Assembly (NCBI GenBank): GCA_002304995.1
Contig: DBPV01000044.1
Coordinates: forward strand, 79,943-128,886
Source of the DNA: Syntrophaceae bacterium UBA1411
GTDB taxonomy: Bacteria; Desulfobacterota; Syntrophia; Syntrophales; Smithellaceae
Length of the DNA: 48,944 nt
Reading direction: 5' to 3'
A model generated the notes under the pieces. The model made no database searches. It saw nothing but the letters and a program-made list of their open reading frames with translations, and was not told where the DNA came from. The stretch's first letter is position 1, and the number at the start of each line of letters is the position of its first letter. Positions 18,795 to 26,432 of this stretch are shown piece by piece. Position numbers and translations under genes: made by a program.

Positions 18795-19772
18795 TCAATG
18801 ATCTTTGGCGCTTTGCACGAGCTTCGTATGCGGCGGCGTGCCGGCGACCGGCAAGGCGACAAACTTCAGAAAAGCGGGTTGGAATTTCTCGAAATACCCG
18901 GCGCTGTGCCCGGGATCGGAGGTCGGCAGTTCCAGCGTCAATGTAAAAATACCCCGTTCGTTTCCCGCGTAATTGCCGAGCGATCCCGGAAAGACGCCGA
19001 ATTTTTTCAGGGGATGCTGCGTTTCCCGGGACATCTTTTCCATCCATTTTTCAAAGGAGTCCAGATCGGTGGACGGCCCGTCGTAATCGAAGAAATTGAG
19101 CGGCGAATGAACACTGAGAATTTTCTGCGGCTGAAACCGCTTGATCAGCGCCACCTGAAACAGCGTTTCCTGCTCAGAGGCCGCTTTCGGACCGGGATAG
19201 TAACGCCCGCTCTTTTTGCCCTTCGCCTGCCACTGGCGGTGGGCGTCGGGATGCCAGCGCCGGGTGGGAAAGTTGCGGTTGATGTCCACTCCGCTGGCGT
19301 TGACGCGCGTCGGCTGCGGCCGCAGGTATCCGTCGGGATTGACAAGCGGCGCGATGACGACGCAGTGATTCCGGACCGCGTCCGGATTGCGCTTAAGAAA
19401 GTCCGCCAGTTTGAACATCAGATAAATCGTCGGCAATTCATCGCCGTGAACACCGCCGAGAAATAAAATGCAGTTGCCCGACGACTGGCCGAACTGCGCG
19501 AATATGAGCGGATGGCGGTTTTGCGTGGCGCGGTGATATTCCCAGTTTATTTCGCCGCACCGGATATCCTTCCAGCCGTAACCGGCGTTGTGCTTCTCGA
19601 CCTTCCTCAGAAACTGCGCCAGCGCCTGCGGCGAGGGGTCGGCCGCCCGCGCCGGCTGCGACAAAAACAAGACCGGCATCAGGCACAAAACAAAGAAGGC
19701 CGCCCGGCATAAGAGGAGCAGTGATCCCGGGTAAAATCGGCAAGCGGCAAACGGTTGCAAGGGCTTCTTCAC
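18795..19772 (-). CDS. M14 zinc carboxypeptidase, murein peptide amidase MpaA-like, with signal peptide
   Basis: GVHGDE, VNPDG, RVNASGVDINRNFP, SVHS, PGSLGNY and TLELP. Start is uncertain (GTG 19772 or 19784). Confidence 0.82.
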   Translation of the reverse strand: MKKPLQPFAACRFYPGSLLLLCRAAFFVLCLMPVLFLSQPARAADPSPQALAQFLRKVEKHNAGYGWKDIRCGEINWEYHRATQNRHPLIFAQFGQSSGNCILFLGGVHGDELPTIYLMFKLADFLKRNPDAVRNHCVVIAPLVNPDGYLRPQPTRVNASGVDINRNFPTRRWHPDAHRQWQAKGKKSGRYYPGPKAASEQETLFQVALIKRFQPQKILSVHSPLNFFDYDGPSTDLDSFEKWMEKMSRETQHPLKKFGVFPGSLGNYAGNERGIFTLTLELPTSDPGHSAGYFEKFQPAFLKFVALPVAGTPPHTKLVQSAKDH

Positions 19773-19785
19773 CTTTTCCTTCACG

Positions 19786-21234
19786 TCAGGGCTGCGGCAG
19801 CGCCAGACGTTGAAGCCTTTCGCGGGCGGACGCCGGACCCAGAATTGCAAAGACGCGGTCGAGCTCCGGGCCGGAAAGCCTTCCGGTCAGCGCAGCCCGG
19901 ACCGGCAGGAACAGGTCCCGGCCCTTCGCGCCGGATTTTTCCCGGGCGTACTGAATCGCCGCGGCGTAAATCTCCCGCGGGGCACCCGAGGCTTTTTCCA
20001 GGTATTCCTTAAAGGACGAAACGACCTGCCGCGCCCGGTCGGAGGCCAGAACCGCCTTAGCTTCAGGCGTCAGGACATAGCGGTCGTCGAAAAACAAATC
20101 GATATGGCCGCCGATGCCGGCAAGCGTCGTCAGTTCGCCCTGCACGGCCGCCACGATTTCACCAAGCCGGCGCGGATCGATTTTTTCCTCCGCGCAGCCG
20201 GCTTCGCGCAAAAAGGGCCGGAGCCTTTCCACGAGGTCGTCCACGCTCAAGTTGCGGATGTACAGGGCATTGAGCCAGCTGAGCTTGTCCTCGTCGAAGA
20301 CCGCGCCGCTTTTGGACGCGCGCTCGAGAGAAAAAGCCGCGACCATTTCATCGCGGGACAAAACCTCCTTCGCGTCGGCAAACGAACTGCCCAGCAGGCC
20401 CAGATAATTGAGCAGGGCTTCGGGGAGAAAGCCCCTCCTGCGGAACTCGCCCACGGCGACGGAGCCGTGGCGTTTGCTCAACTTGGCGTGGTCGCGCCCG
20501 AGAATCAGGCAGTGGTGGGCGAAAACCGGCGGTTCAAAGCCGAGCGCCCGGTACAGCATGATCTGCAAAGCCGTGTTGGACAGGTGATCCTCGCCCCGGA
20601 TGACGTGCGTAATGGCCATCAGCGAATCGTCGATGACCACAGCGAAATTGTAGGCGGGCATGCCGTTGGAGCGCACAACGATGAAATCGCCCATGGCCTC
20701 GCCTTCAAAGCGCATCGGCCCGCGGATCAGATCAGTGAATGCGACCGTCGTCTGCGGAACCTTGAAGCGCCAGGAGGGCCTGCGGCCGGATGCTTCCCGG
20801 GCTTTGCGCTCCTCCGGCGTGAGGCTGCGGCACTTGCCCATGTACCGGGGCATGCGTTTGCTCAAAATGAGCGACTGGCGCTCCTCTTCGAGTTCCTCCT
20901 CCGTACAGTAGCAGGGATAAACCAGCTCCGCGTCGATCAGTTTTTTCAGATAGGTCGCGTAAATATCAAGCCGTTCGCTCTGGCGGTAGGGTCCGTAACT
21001 GCCGCCCGCATCCGGCCCTTCGTCCCAGGACAGCCCCAGCCACTTCAGATCGTCCATCAGACGCGACTGATACGACAGGGCGCTGCGCGATTCGTCCGTA
21101 TCTTCGATGCGCAAAATGAGACGCCCGCGCGTGTGGCGGGCAAAAAGCCAGTTGAAAAGCGCGGTGCGCGCGTTTCCCACGTGCAGTTCGCCGGTCGGCG
21201 AGGGGGCAAAGCGAACCCGGAGTGCCTCAGCCAT
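19786..21234 (-). CDS. gltX: glutamate--tRNA ligase
   Basis: RFAPSPTG, HVGN (HIGH), RIEDTD, RGEDH and KLSKRHG (KMSKS). Confidence 0.96.
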   Translation of the reverse strand: MAEALRVRFAPSPTGELHVGNARTALFNWLFARHTRGRLILRIEDTDESRSALSYQSRLMDDLKWLGLSWDEGPDAGGSYGPYRQSERLDIYATYLKKLIDAELVYPCYCTEEELEEERQSLILSKRMPRYMGKCRSLTPEERKAREASGRRPSWRFKVPQTTVAFTDLIRGPMRFEGEAMGDFIVVRSNGMPAYNFAVVIDDSLMAITHVIRGEDHLSNTALQIMLYRALGFEPPVFAHHCLILGRDHAKLSKRHGSVAVGEFRRRGFLPEALLNYLGLLGSSFADAKEVLSRDEMVAAFSLERASKSGAVFDEDKLSWLNALYIRNLSVDDLVERLRPFLREAGCAEEKIDPRRLGEIVAAVQGELTTLAGIGGHIDLFFDDRYVLTPEAKAVLASDRARQVVSSFKEYLEKASGAPREIYAAAIQYAREKSGAKGRDLFLPVRAALTGRLSGPELDRVFAILGPASARERLQRLALPQP

Positions 21235-22414
21235 TTTCGTCCCTTTCCGCGCCGGTGGCGACGGCCTCTACGGCAACGCCTTCGCCGCGCCCCACAAATC
21301 CCATGCCCTCATTGGTCTTGGCCTTGATGTTCACGGCTGACTGGGGCATCCGCAGCGTCTTGGCGATGTTGGCGGCCATCAGCGGCGCATAAGGGGAGAG
21401 CTTGGGCTTTTCCGTCATAACGGTGGCATCAATGTGGTGAATGGCGATATTCCGGTCCGCGAGCATTTTTCCCACCCGCTCCAGAAGAAGAAGGCTGGAG
21501 ATGTCCCTGTAAGCCGGATCCGTATCCGGAAAATGCCGGCCGATGTCTCCCGCCGCAGCCATGCCCAGAAGAGCGTCGCAGACGGCATGAACGAGCGCAT
21601 CCGCGTCGGAATGCCCGGCCAGCCCTCTTTCGAAGGGAATGTCGACGCCTCCGAGGACCAGCTTCCTTCCGGGGGCGAACCGGTGGCTGTCATATCCCAG
21701 ACCGCAAAGAAAGGTCATCTTGTTTTTCTCCTGCTGGACAAGAAACGCCTCGGCGATCACGCGATCCTCCGGCGTCGTGATTTTTATATTATCGTAGGTT
21801 CCGGCCAGCAGGCGGACGGAAGCGCCCAGGCGCTCGACCAGCGACGCGTCGTCCGTTGCGTAAAACCGGTCCCGCGCGGCCAGGTCGTAAGCCCGGCACA
21901 GCAGATCGTACTGGAACGCCTGCGGCGTCTGTGTCTGCCATAAATTCTGCCGCGGCAGCGTTGCCGTCACGATCTGCGCGTCCGTCGCGGCCTTGATCGT
22001 GTCCTTGGCCGGCACGCCGATTGCGGCAGCGCCGCCCCGAGCGGCCGCTTCCACGGCCCGCGCGATCATGTCCCCGGTCACGAAGGGGCGCACGCCGTCG
22101 TGCACAACGACAACGTCGCACGGCCGGCCTACGGCGGCAAGTCCGTTGCGGACGGAATCCTGACGCTCCTTTCCTCCGGCAACCACGGCGGAAACCTTCG
22201 TCAAGTCGTACGGCTCGACAACCTGCTTTCGGACGGCCGCGAGATCGCCGGCGGGGACCACCAGGATGATTCCGTCGATGACAGCGGATTTTTGAAACAC
22301 GGCAAGCGTCCGGGCCAGCACAGGCATGCCGCCCAGCAAAAGGTACTGTTTGGCGACATCGCCGCCCAGTCTCCTGCCCGATCCGCCGGCTGGAATAATG
22401 GCCACGGTTTTCAT
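21227..22414 (-). CDS. ispDF: bifunctional IspD/IspF (MEP cytidylyltransferase / MECDP synthase)
   Basis: IspD motifs PAGGSGRR, HDGVRP, QTPQAF and KITTPED, then IspF motifs GYDSHRF, HSDAD, DIGRHFPD and KAKTNEG, all in one frame. Confidence 0.95.
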   Translation of the reverse strand: MKTVAIIPAGGSGRRLGGDVAKQYLLLGGMPVLARTLAVFQKSAVIDGIILVVPAGDLAAVRKQVVEPYDLTKVSAVVAGGKERQDSVRNGLAAVGRPCDVVVVHDGVRPFVTGDMIARAVEAAARGGAAAIGVPAKDTIKAATDAQIVTATLPRQNLWQTQTPQAFQYDLLCRAYDLAARDRFYATDDASLVERLGASVRLLAGTYDNIKITTPEDRVIAEAFLVQQEKNKMTFLCGLGYDSHRFAPGRKLVLGGVDIPFERGLAGHSDADALVHAVCDALLGMAAAGDIGRHFPDTDPAYRDISSLLLLERVGKMLADRNIAIHHIDATVMTEKPKLSPYAPLMAANIAKTLRMPQSAVNIKAKTNEGMGFVGRGEGVAVEAVATGAERDENG

Positions 22415-22427
22415 GATCATTCCGCAG

Positions 22428-22455
22428 AAAAAAGGCCCGGAAAAATCTCCGGGCC
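22428..22455 (-). terminator. terminator-like hairpin between the PIN-TRAM gene and ispDF
   Basis: GGCCCGGA-6 nt loop-UCCGGGCC followed by U6 on the minus strand. Confidence 0.55.
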
Positions 22456-22493
22456 CCCTCGTGAAAGGCGTTATCTTTCCGTTTGAAATCCCA

Positions 22494-23519
22494 TCAATTG
22501 TTGCTTCGTTTGTCGGCCGTCTCTTTGAGCTCCGTGAAAATCATCCGGCCGGCCGTCGTCTGCAAAACGCTGGTCACAATCACATCCACGGTCGAGTTGA
22601 TCATCCTCTGCCCGCCGTCCACGATGATCATGGTCCCGTCGTCCAGATAACCGACTCCCTGCCCCGGTTCCTTGCCTTCCCGGATGATCTTGACGACCAT
22701 CTGCTCTCCGGGCAGAACAACCGGTTTCATCGCGTTGGCCAGCTCATTGACGTTCAGCACCCGCACGCCCTGCAACTCCGCGACCTTGTTGAGATTGTAA
22801 TCGTTGGTCAGCAGCTTGGCGTTCAGTTTCTGGGCCAGGGCCACCAGTTTTCCGTCCACTCCCTTGATTTTCGGAAAATCCTGGTCGACAATTTCAATGC
22901 TGATCGCGGTGCTTTTCTGCATCCGGTTGAGGACATCGAGCCCCCGACGCCCCCGCGACCGCTTCATCGAATCCGACGAATCAGCGATAAACTGAAGCTC
23001 GTTGAGCACGAAACGGGGAACGATCAGTTCCCCATCGATAAATCCCGTATCGCAGATGTCCGCGATTCTTCCGTCGATGATGACGCTGGTGTCCAGCAAA
23101 CGATGATCAACGGGCGCTTTGGCCTCGACGGAGTGAAAAGTGAACTCCTCCGCCTTTTTTGATCCCAGGACAAGACCCAGATATCCCAGTATTCCCGTCA
23201 AAAGCAGATAAATCCAAGGGACAACCTGCTGATCCTGTGTGATTTTGATGACCATGTTCAGGCCAAAACCCAGGATCAACGCAATCAGCAAACCGATCAC
23301 CATGCCGATGACGCCACCGGCGATGATTCGTAAAGACAGTTTGCGGATATCCTTCTCAATCCTGATGACCAGCAGCGCGACGCCTAAGCCTATAATAAAG
23401 CCGAATATTGCTTGGAAAACAGCATACGAACTGGTCGCCGCCATCACATAATAAGCAATAAAATAACCGCTGATCGAACAAGCTAAAACCAATAAAATTC
23501 TTATGATCAAACGTCTCAC
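22494..23519 (-). CDS. membrane PIN/TRAM-domain protein (YacL-like)
   Basis: Four N-terminal TM helices, LLDTSVIIDGRI (PIN), RGRRGLD, TNDYNLNKVA, and GVGYLDDGTMIIV / QTTAGRMIF (TRAM). AGGAG before GTG. Confidence 0.95.
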   Translation of the reverse strand: MRRLIIRILLVLACSISGYFIAYYVMAATSSYAVFQAIFGFIIGLGVALLVIRIEKDIRKLSLRIIAGGVIGMVIGLLIALILGFGLNMVIKITQDQQVVPWIYLLLTGILGYLGLVLGSKKAEEFTFHSVEAKAPVDHRLLDTSVIIDGRIADICDTGFIDGELIVPRFVLNELQFIADSSDSMKRSRGRRGLDVLNRMQKSTAISIEIVDQDFPKIKGVDGKLVALAQKLNAKLLTNDYNLNKVAELQGVRVLNVNELANAMKPVVLPGEQMVVKIIREGKEPGQGVGYLDDGTMIIVDGGQRMINSTVDVIVTSVLQTTAGRMIFTELKETADKRSNN

Positions 23520-23672
23520 CTCCTTTCTGGTAATAAACCCTTGAACCTTTCATAAAAACAGGCTCCAATGCTACTTGAAATTCGGAGGCTTCTTTATCTT
23601 CCCTGAAACAAGAAGATCCCTTCTTCAGTTATCAAAGAGCAGCAAAATAAATAAATGAGAATGAATGAGTGG

Positions 23673-24158
23673 TTATTGAACCGTAAAAATCATCTGCAAA
23701 TCACGTTCGACTTTGGCTTCCTGCGCGTTGGTGGCGACGGAAATTTCCTTAACGAGCAGATTTTTTGCGGTGTCCATCATTTTCCGCTCGCCGAAGGAAA
23801 GATTCTTGTCACTTTTAAGAATAAACAAATCCCGCAAAACGCTTGCGATCTCAAAAACAGAACCGGTTTTGATCTTCTCGAGATACTCCCGATAGCGCTT
23901 GTTCCAGGTTTGCTTGTCGATGGTGACGTCCTTATTGCGTAAAATTTCGTATACTTTCGGAATTTCTTTCTCCAGAATGACTTCGCGAAGGCCGACAGCC
24001 TTAGCCGAGTTCGTCGGGATCATGATTTTCATCCCGTTGCCCATGATTTTCATCACGTAAAAAGGCTGCTTTTTACCCATCACTTCTCTATTTTCAATGG
24101 CTTCAATGACCCCGACCCCTTGCGCCGGATAGACGGCCAAATCCCCTACTTTAAACAT
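23673..24158 (-). CDS. carD: CarD family transcriptional regulator
   Basis: FKVGDLAVYPAQGVG, WNKRYREYLEKIKTGS and LSFGERKM. Confidence 0.93.
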   Translation of the reverse strand: MFKVGDLAVYPAQGVGVIEAIENREVMGKKQPFYVMKIMGNGMKIMIPTNSAKAVGLREVILEKEIPKVYEILRNKDVTIDKQTWNKRYREYLEKIKTGSVFEIASVLRDLFILKSDKNLSFGERKMMDTAKNLLVKEISVATNAQEAKVERDLQMIFTVQ

Positions 24159-24192
24159 GGTTCATACTCCTGTCTTTCCATAATAACGTCGC

Positions 24193-24221
24193 AGGCTAGC
24201 ATGTTTCATCTATTTTGTCAA
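24193..24221 (-). promoter_or_regulatory. putative sigma70 promoter of carD
   Basis: TTGACA-17 nt-TAGCCT with an extended TG element. Confidence 0.55.
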
Positions 24222-24282
24222 TGATTAATACAATTTACTGAAATGCTTCAAAAATGCTATCCACAGGCAAACCCCGGGCGGA

Positions 24283-25209
24283 TCAGGGCAGGTAAAACAG
24301 CGGATTGCGGGCTTTGCCTTTGAGACGGATTTCAAAATTTATAAATGTCTCGCCCGCCTCATCCGTTTCGCCGGCCACGGCGATGGCTTCTCCCTTGTTC
24401 ACGGGCCGGTCCGCTTTGACCGTCCTTTTTTTGAGGTGGGTATAGACCGTGGCATAATCGCCCGTGTGCCGGAGAATGATCGTTTCGCCGAAGCCTTTCA
24501 GCGCAGCCGAAAAAATGACCGTTCCGGCAGCCGCCGCGCGGACCCGGGCCCCGGGCGGACAGACGATTTGTATCCAGTTATGATAGGTTTTGTTCGGCTG
24601 AATGCCGAAACGGGTTTTCACGGTCCCTTTGACCGGCCAGTCAAAACGGCCCTTCTCCCGCTTGATTTCCTCCTTTACTGCTCCCGCCGGCGGTTTTTCT
24701 GCCATTCTGGCACGGGGCTTTTCAGGCGGAGCCGACGGCATCGGCGCAGCCGGCCCCACCTCCGCCGTCTCTGCGCTCCCCGGCTGCGGCGCTTTCAGTG
24801 CCGGCTGCGGTCCAACCGTTACGGGCGGCTTGTCGGCGGGAGGTTTCCACTCTTTACCGACTGCGTCGCGGGGGGCCTGTGCCGATTTGCCGGCAAAAAC
24901 CATGACATCGTCAATCACCTGATCGGCAGCGGGGATGAAGATGACCGAACCTTCCGCAATGTTCGACACATCACTGAGGTTGTTGACTTCCGCCAGATCC
25001 TGCAGACTGATGCCGTAGGCGCGGGCGATGCTGTAGGCCGTTTCGCCCTTTTTGACGATGTGATACACGCCCTTGGCCGGCGTTTTGACCGTCTGGGGGC
25101 CGGCGCAGGAAACCAGCAGAAGTAAAATCAGGACCAGAGAGAGAGAGAGGGCGCCGCGATACCGGCTCAAACCGGATTGCCTTTGCCGGTCGTCAGCCGT
25201 CCGGATCAT
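24283..25209 (-). CDS. nlpD: LysM + degenerate M23 lipoprotein (NlpD-like)
   Basis: Lipobox LVSC, LysM HIVKKGETAYSIA, Pro-rich linker, FDWPVKG and FEIR...NP. ATG 25209 overlaps the pcm stop (ATGA); pcm-nlpD synteny. Confidence 0.8.
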   Translation of the reverse strand: MIRTADDRQRQSGLSRYRGALSLSLVLILLLLVSCAGPQTVKTPAKGVYHIVKKGETAYSIARAYGISLQDLAEVNNLSDVSNIAEGSVIFIPAADQVIDDVMVFAGKSAQAPRDAVGKEWKPPADKPPVTVGPQPALKAPQPGSAETAEVGPAAPMPSAPPEKPRARMAEKPPAGAVKEEIKREKGRFDWPVKGTVKTRFGIQPNKTYHNWIQIVCPPGARVRAAAAGTVIFSAALKGFGETIILRHTGDYATVYTHLKKRTVKADRPVNKGEAIAVAGETDEAGETFINFEIRLKGKARNPLFYLP

Positions 25210-25862
25210 TCCTTCCATCCGCTCTCCCCGATCAGGCTGACAAAGCGGCATCCGCCCAGATCTTCCTTCTTCACTTCCGCGGGATTTTCCGCCGAACGCG
25301 TCAGTTTGTAAAGCGTCTGGACATCGCGGTTTCCCACCGGCACAACCATTTTTCCGCCCGGCGCCAGCTGTTCGAGCACATATGCGGGAACCTGGGGCGC
25401 CGCGGCGGTCGTGATGATCGCATCGAAGGGTGCTTCCTCTTTCCATCCGTAGGACCCGTCGCCGACACGGATGGCGACGTTGTAGCAGTTGAGGCGGTCC
25501 AGAATCCTGCGCGCCCGTCCGGCCAGAGCCGCCACGCGCTCGATGGAAAACACGCGGTCCGCCAGCTTGGCCAGAATGGCGGTCTGGTAGCCGGACCCCG
25601 TGCCGATTTCCAGCACCCGCTCCCGTCCTTTGAGTTCCAGGGCCTCGGTCATCAGGGCGACGATGTATGGCTGCGAAATGGTTTGCCGCTCGCCGATCGG
25701 CAGGGGATTGTCGTTGTAAGCCTGGTCGATCAGACCTTCATCCACGAAAAGATGCCGCGGAACCGTCTCCATCACCTTTAAAACGCGCTCGTCTTTGATT
25801 GAACGGGACCGCAGCTGCGTTTCCACCATCCGTGTGCGTTGTTTTCTGTATCTGTCCATCAA
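25206..25862 (-). CDS. pcm: protein-L-isoaspartate O-methyltransferase
   Basis: VPRHLF, QTISQPYIVA, LEIGTGSGYQ and APFDAI. Confidence 0.97.
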   Translation of the reverse strand: MMDRYRKQRTRMVETQLRSRSIKDERVLKVMETVPRHLFVDEGLIDQAYNDNPLPIGERQTISQPYIVALMTEALELKGRERVLEIGTGSGYQTAILAKLADRVFSIERVAALAGRARRILDRLNCYNVAIRVGDGSYGWKEEAPFDAIITTAAAPQVPAYVLEQLAPGGKMVVPVGNRDVQTLYKLTRSAENPAEVKKEDLGGCRFVSLIGESGWKE

Positions 25863-26296
25863 ATGGCCTGTATTTTTTTCTTTTTCGGAGGGACCTGGTA
25901 GAGCCGATAAACCACTTCGTGCCGTCTCAGGCCCATCGCTTCGCGGGTCACGATCAGATAGTAAAACTGGATTTCGGCGCTGCGGCAGGCCGTGTTGTAC
26001 TGATCGATGATTGAATTGATCTCTTCAAAAATCATCTGCCGGTCCGGCGGAAATTCGCCGGCGGAGTCGTCCTGAATCCGGGTCCGCCAGTACCGGATCC
26101 TTTCTTCGATCTGACTTTCGATCTTGCGAAGCTTCCCGAGCGCGTCTTCCACGGCGAAGCCGGCCCGGCTTAAAACCGCCGCCCGCTCCCGGAGGAGCTC
26201 TTCGCACAGACTCTCGTGCTGATCGCGCTTGCCTGAGCCGGGGGACTGCATGAATCCTAAAAAACCTTCCTTCGCGCTTTTGGAGCCCTCTATCAT
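25859..26296 (-). CDS. hypothetical helical/coiled-coil protein
   Basis: 145-aa ORF whose stop overlaps the pcm start (ATGA). C-terminal YYLIVTREAMG looks like a conserved motif, but I do not recognise the family. Confidence 0.7.
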   Translation of the reverse strand: MIEGSKSAKEGFLGFMQSPGSGKRDQHESLCEELLRERAAVLSRAGFAVEDALGKLRKIESQIEERIRYWRTRIQDDSAGEFPPDRQMIFEEINSIIDQYNTACRSAEIQFYYLIVTREAMGLRRHEVVYRLYQVPPKKKKIQAI

Positions 26297-26432
26297 TTAA
26301 GCGCTTAATTTTCAAGTTTAAAAGGCTGTGCCGCACCGCGGCGCGATAATCTTTTCTCTTTACAGTTCGGGATTATTCCGTTAGATAACTCCCTCAAAAA
26401 TACACTCCAGAAACGGACAGACAACTATCGCC

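Noticed and set aside
22494-23519. PIN domain as a toxin-antitoxin or defence gene
   Set aside because: It is the conserved membrane PIN-TRAM protein in its usual carD-ispD context.
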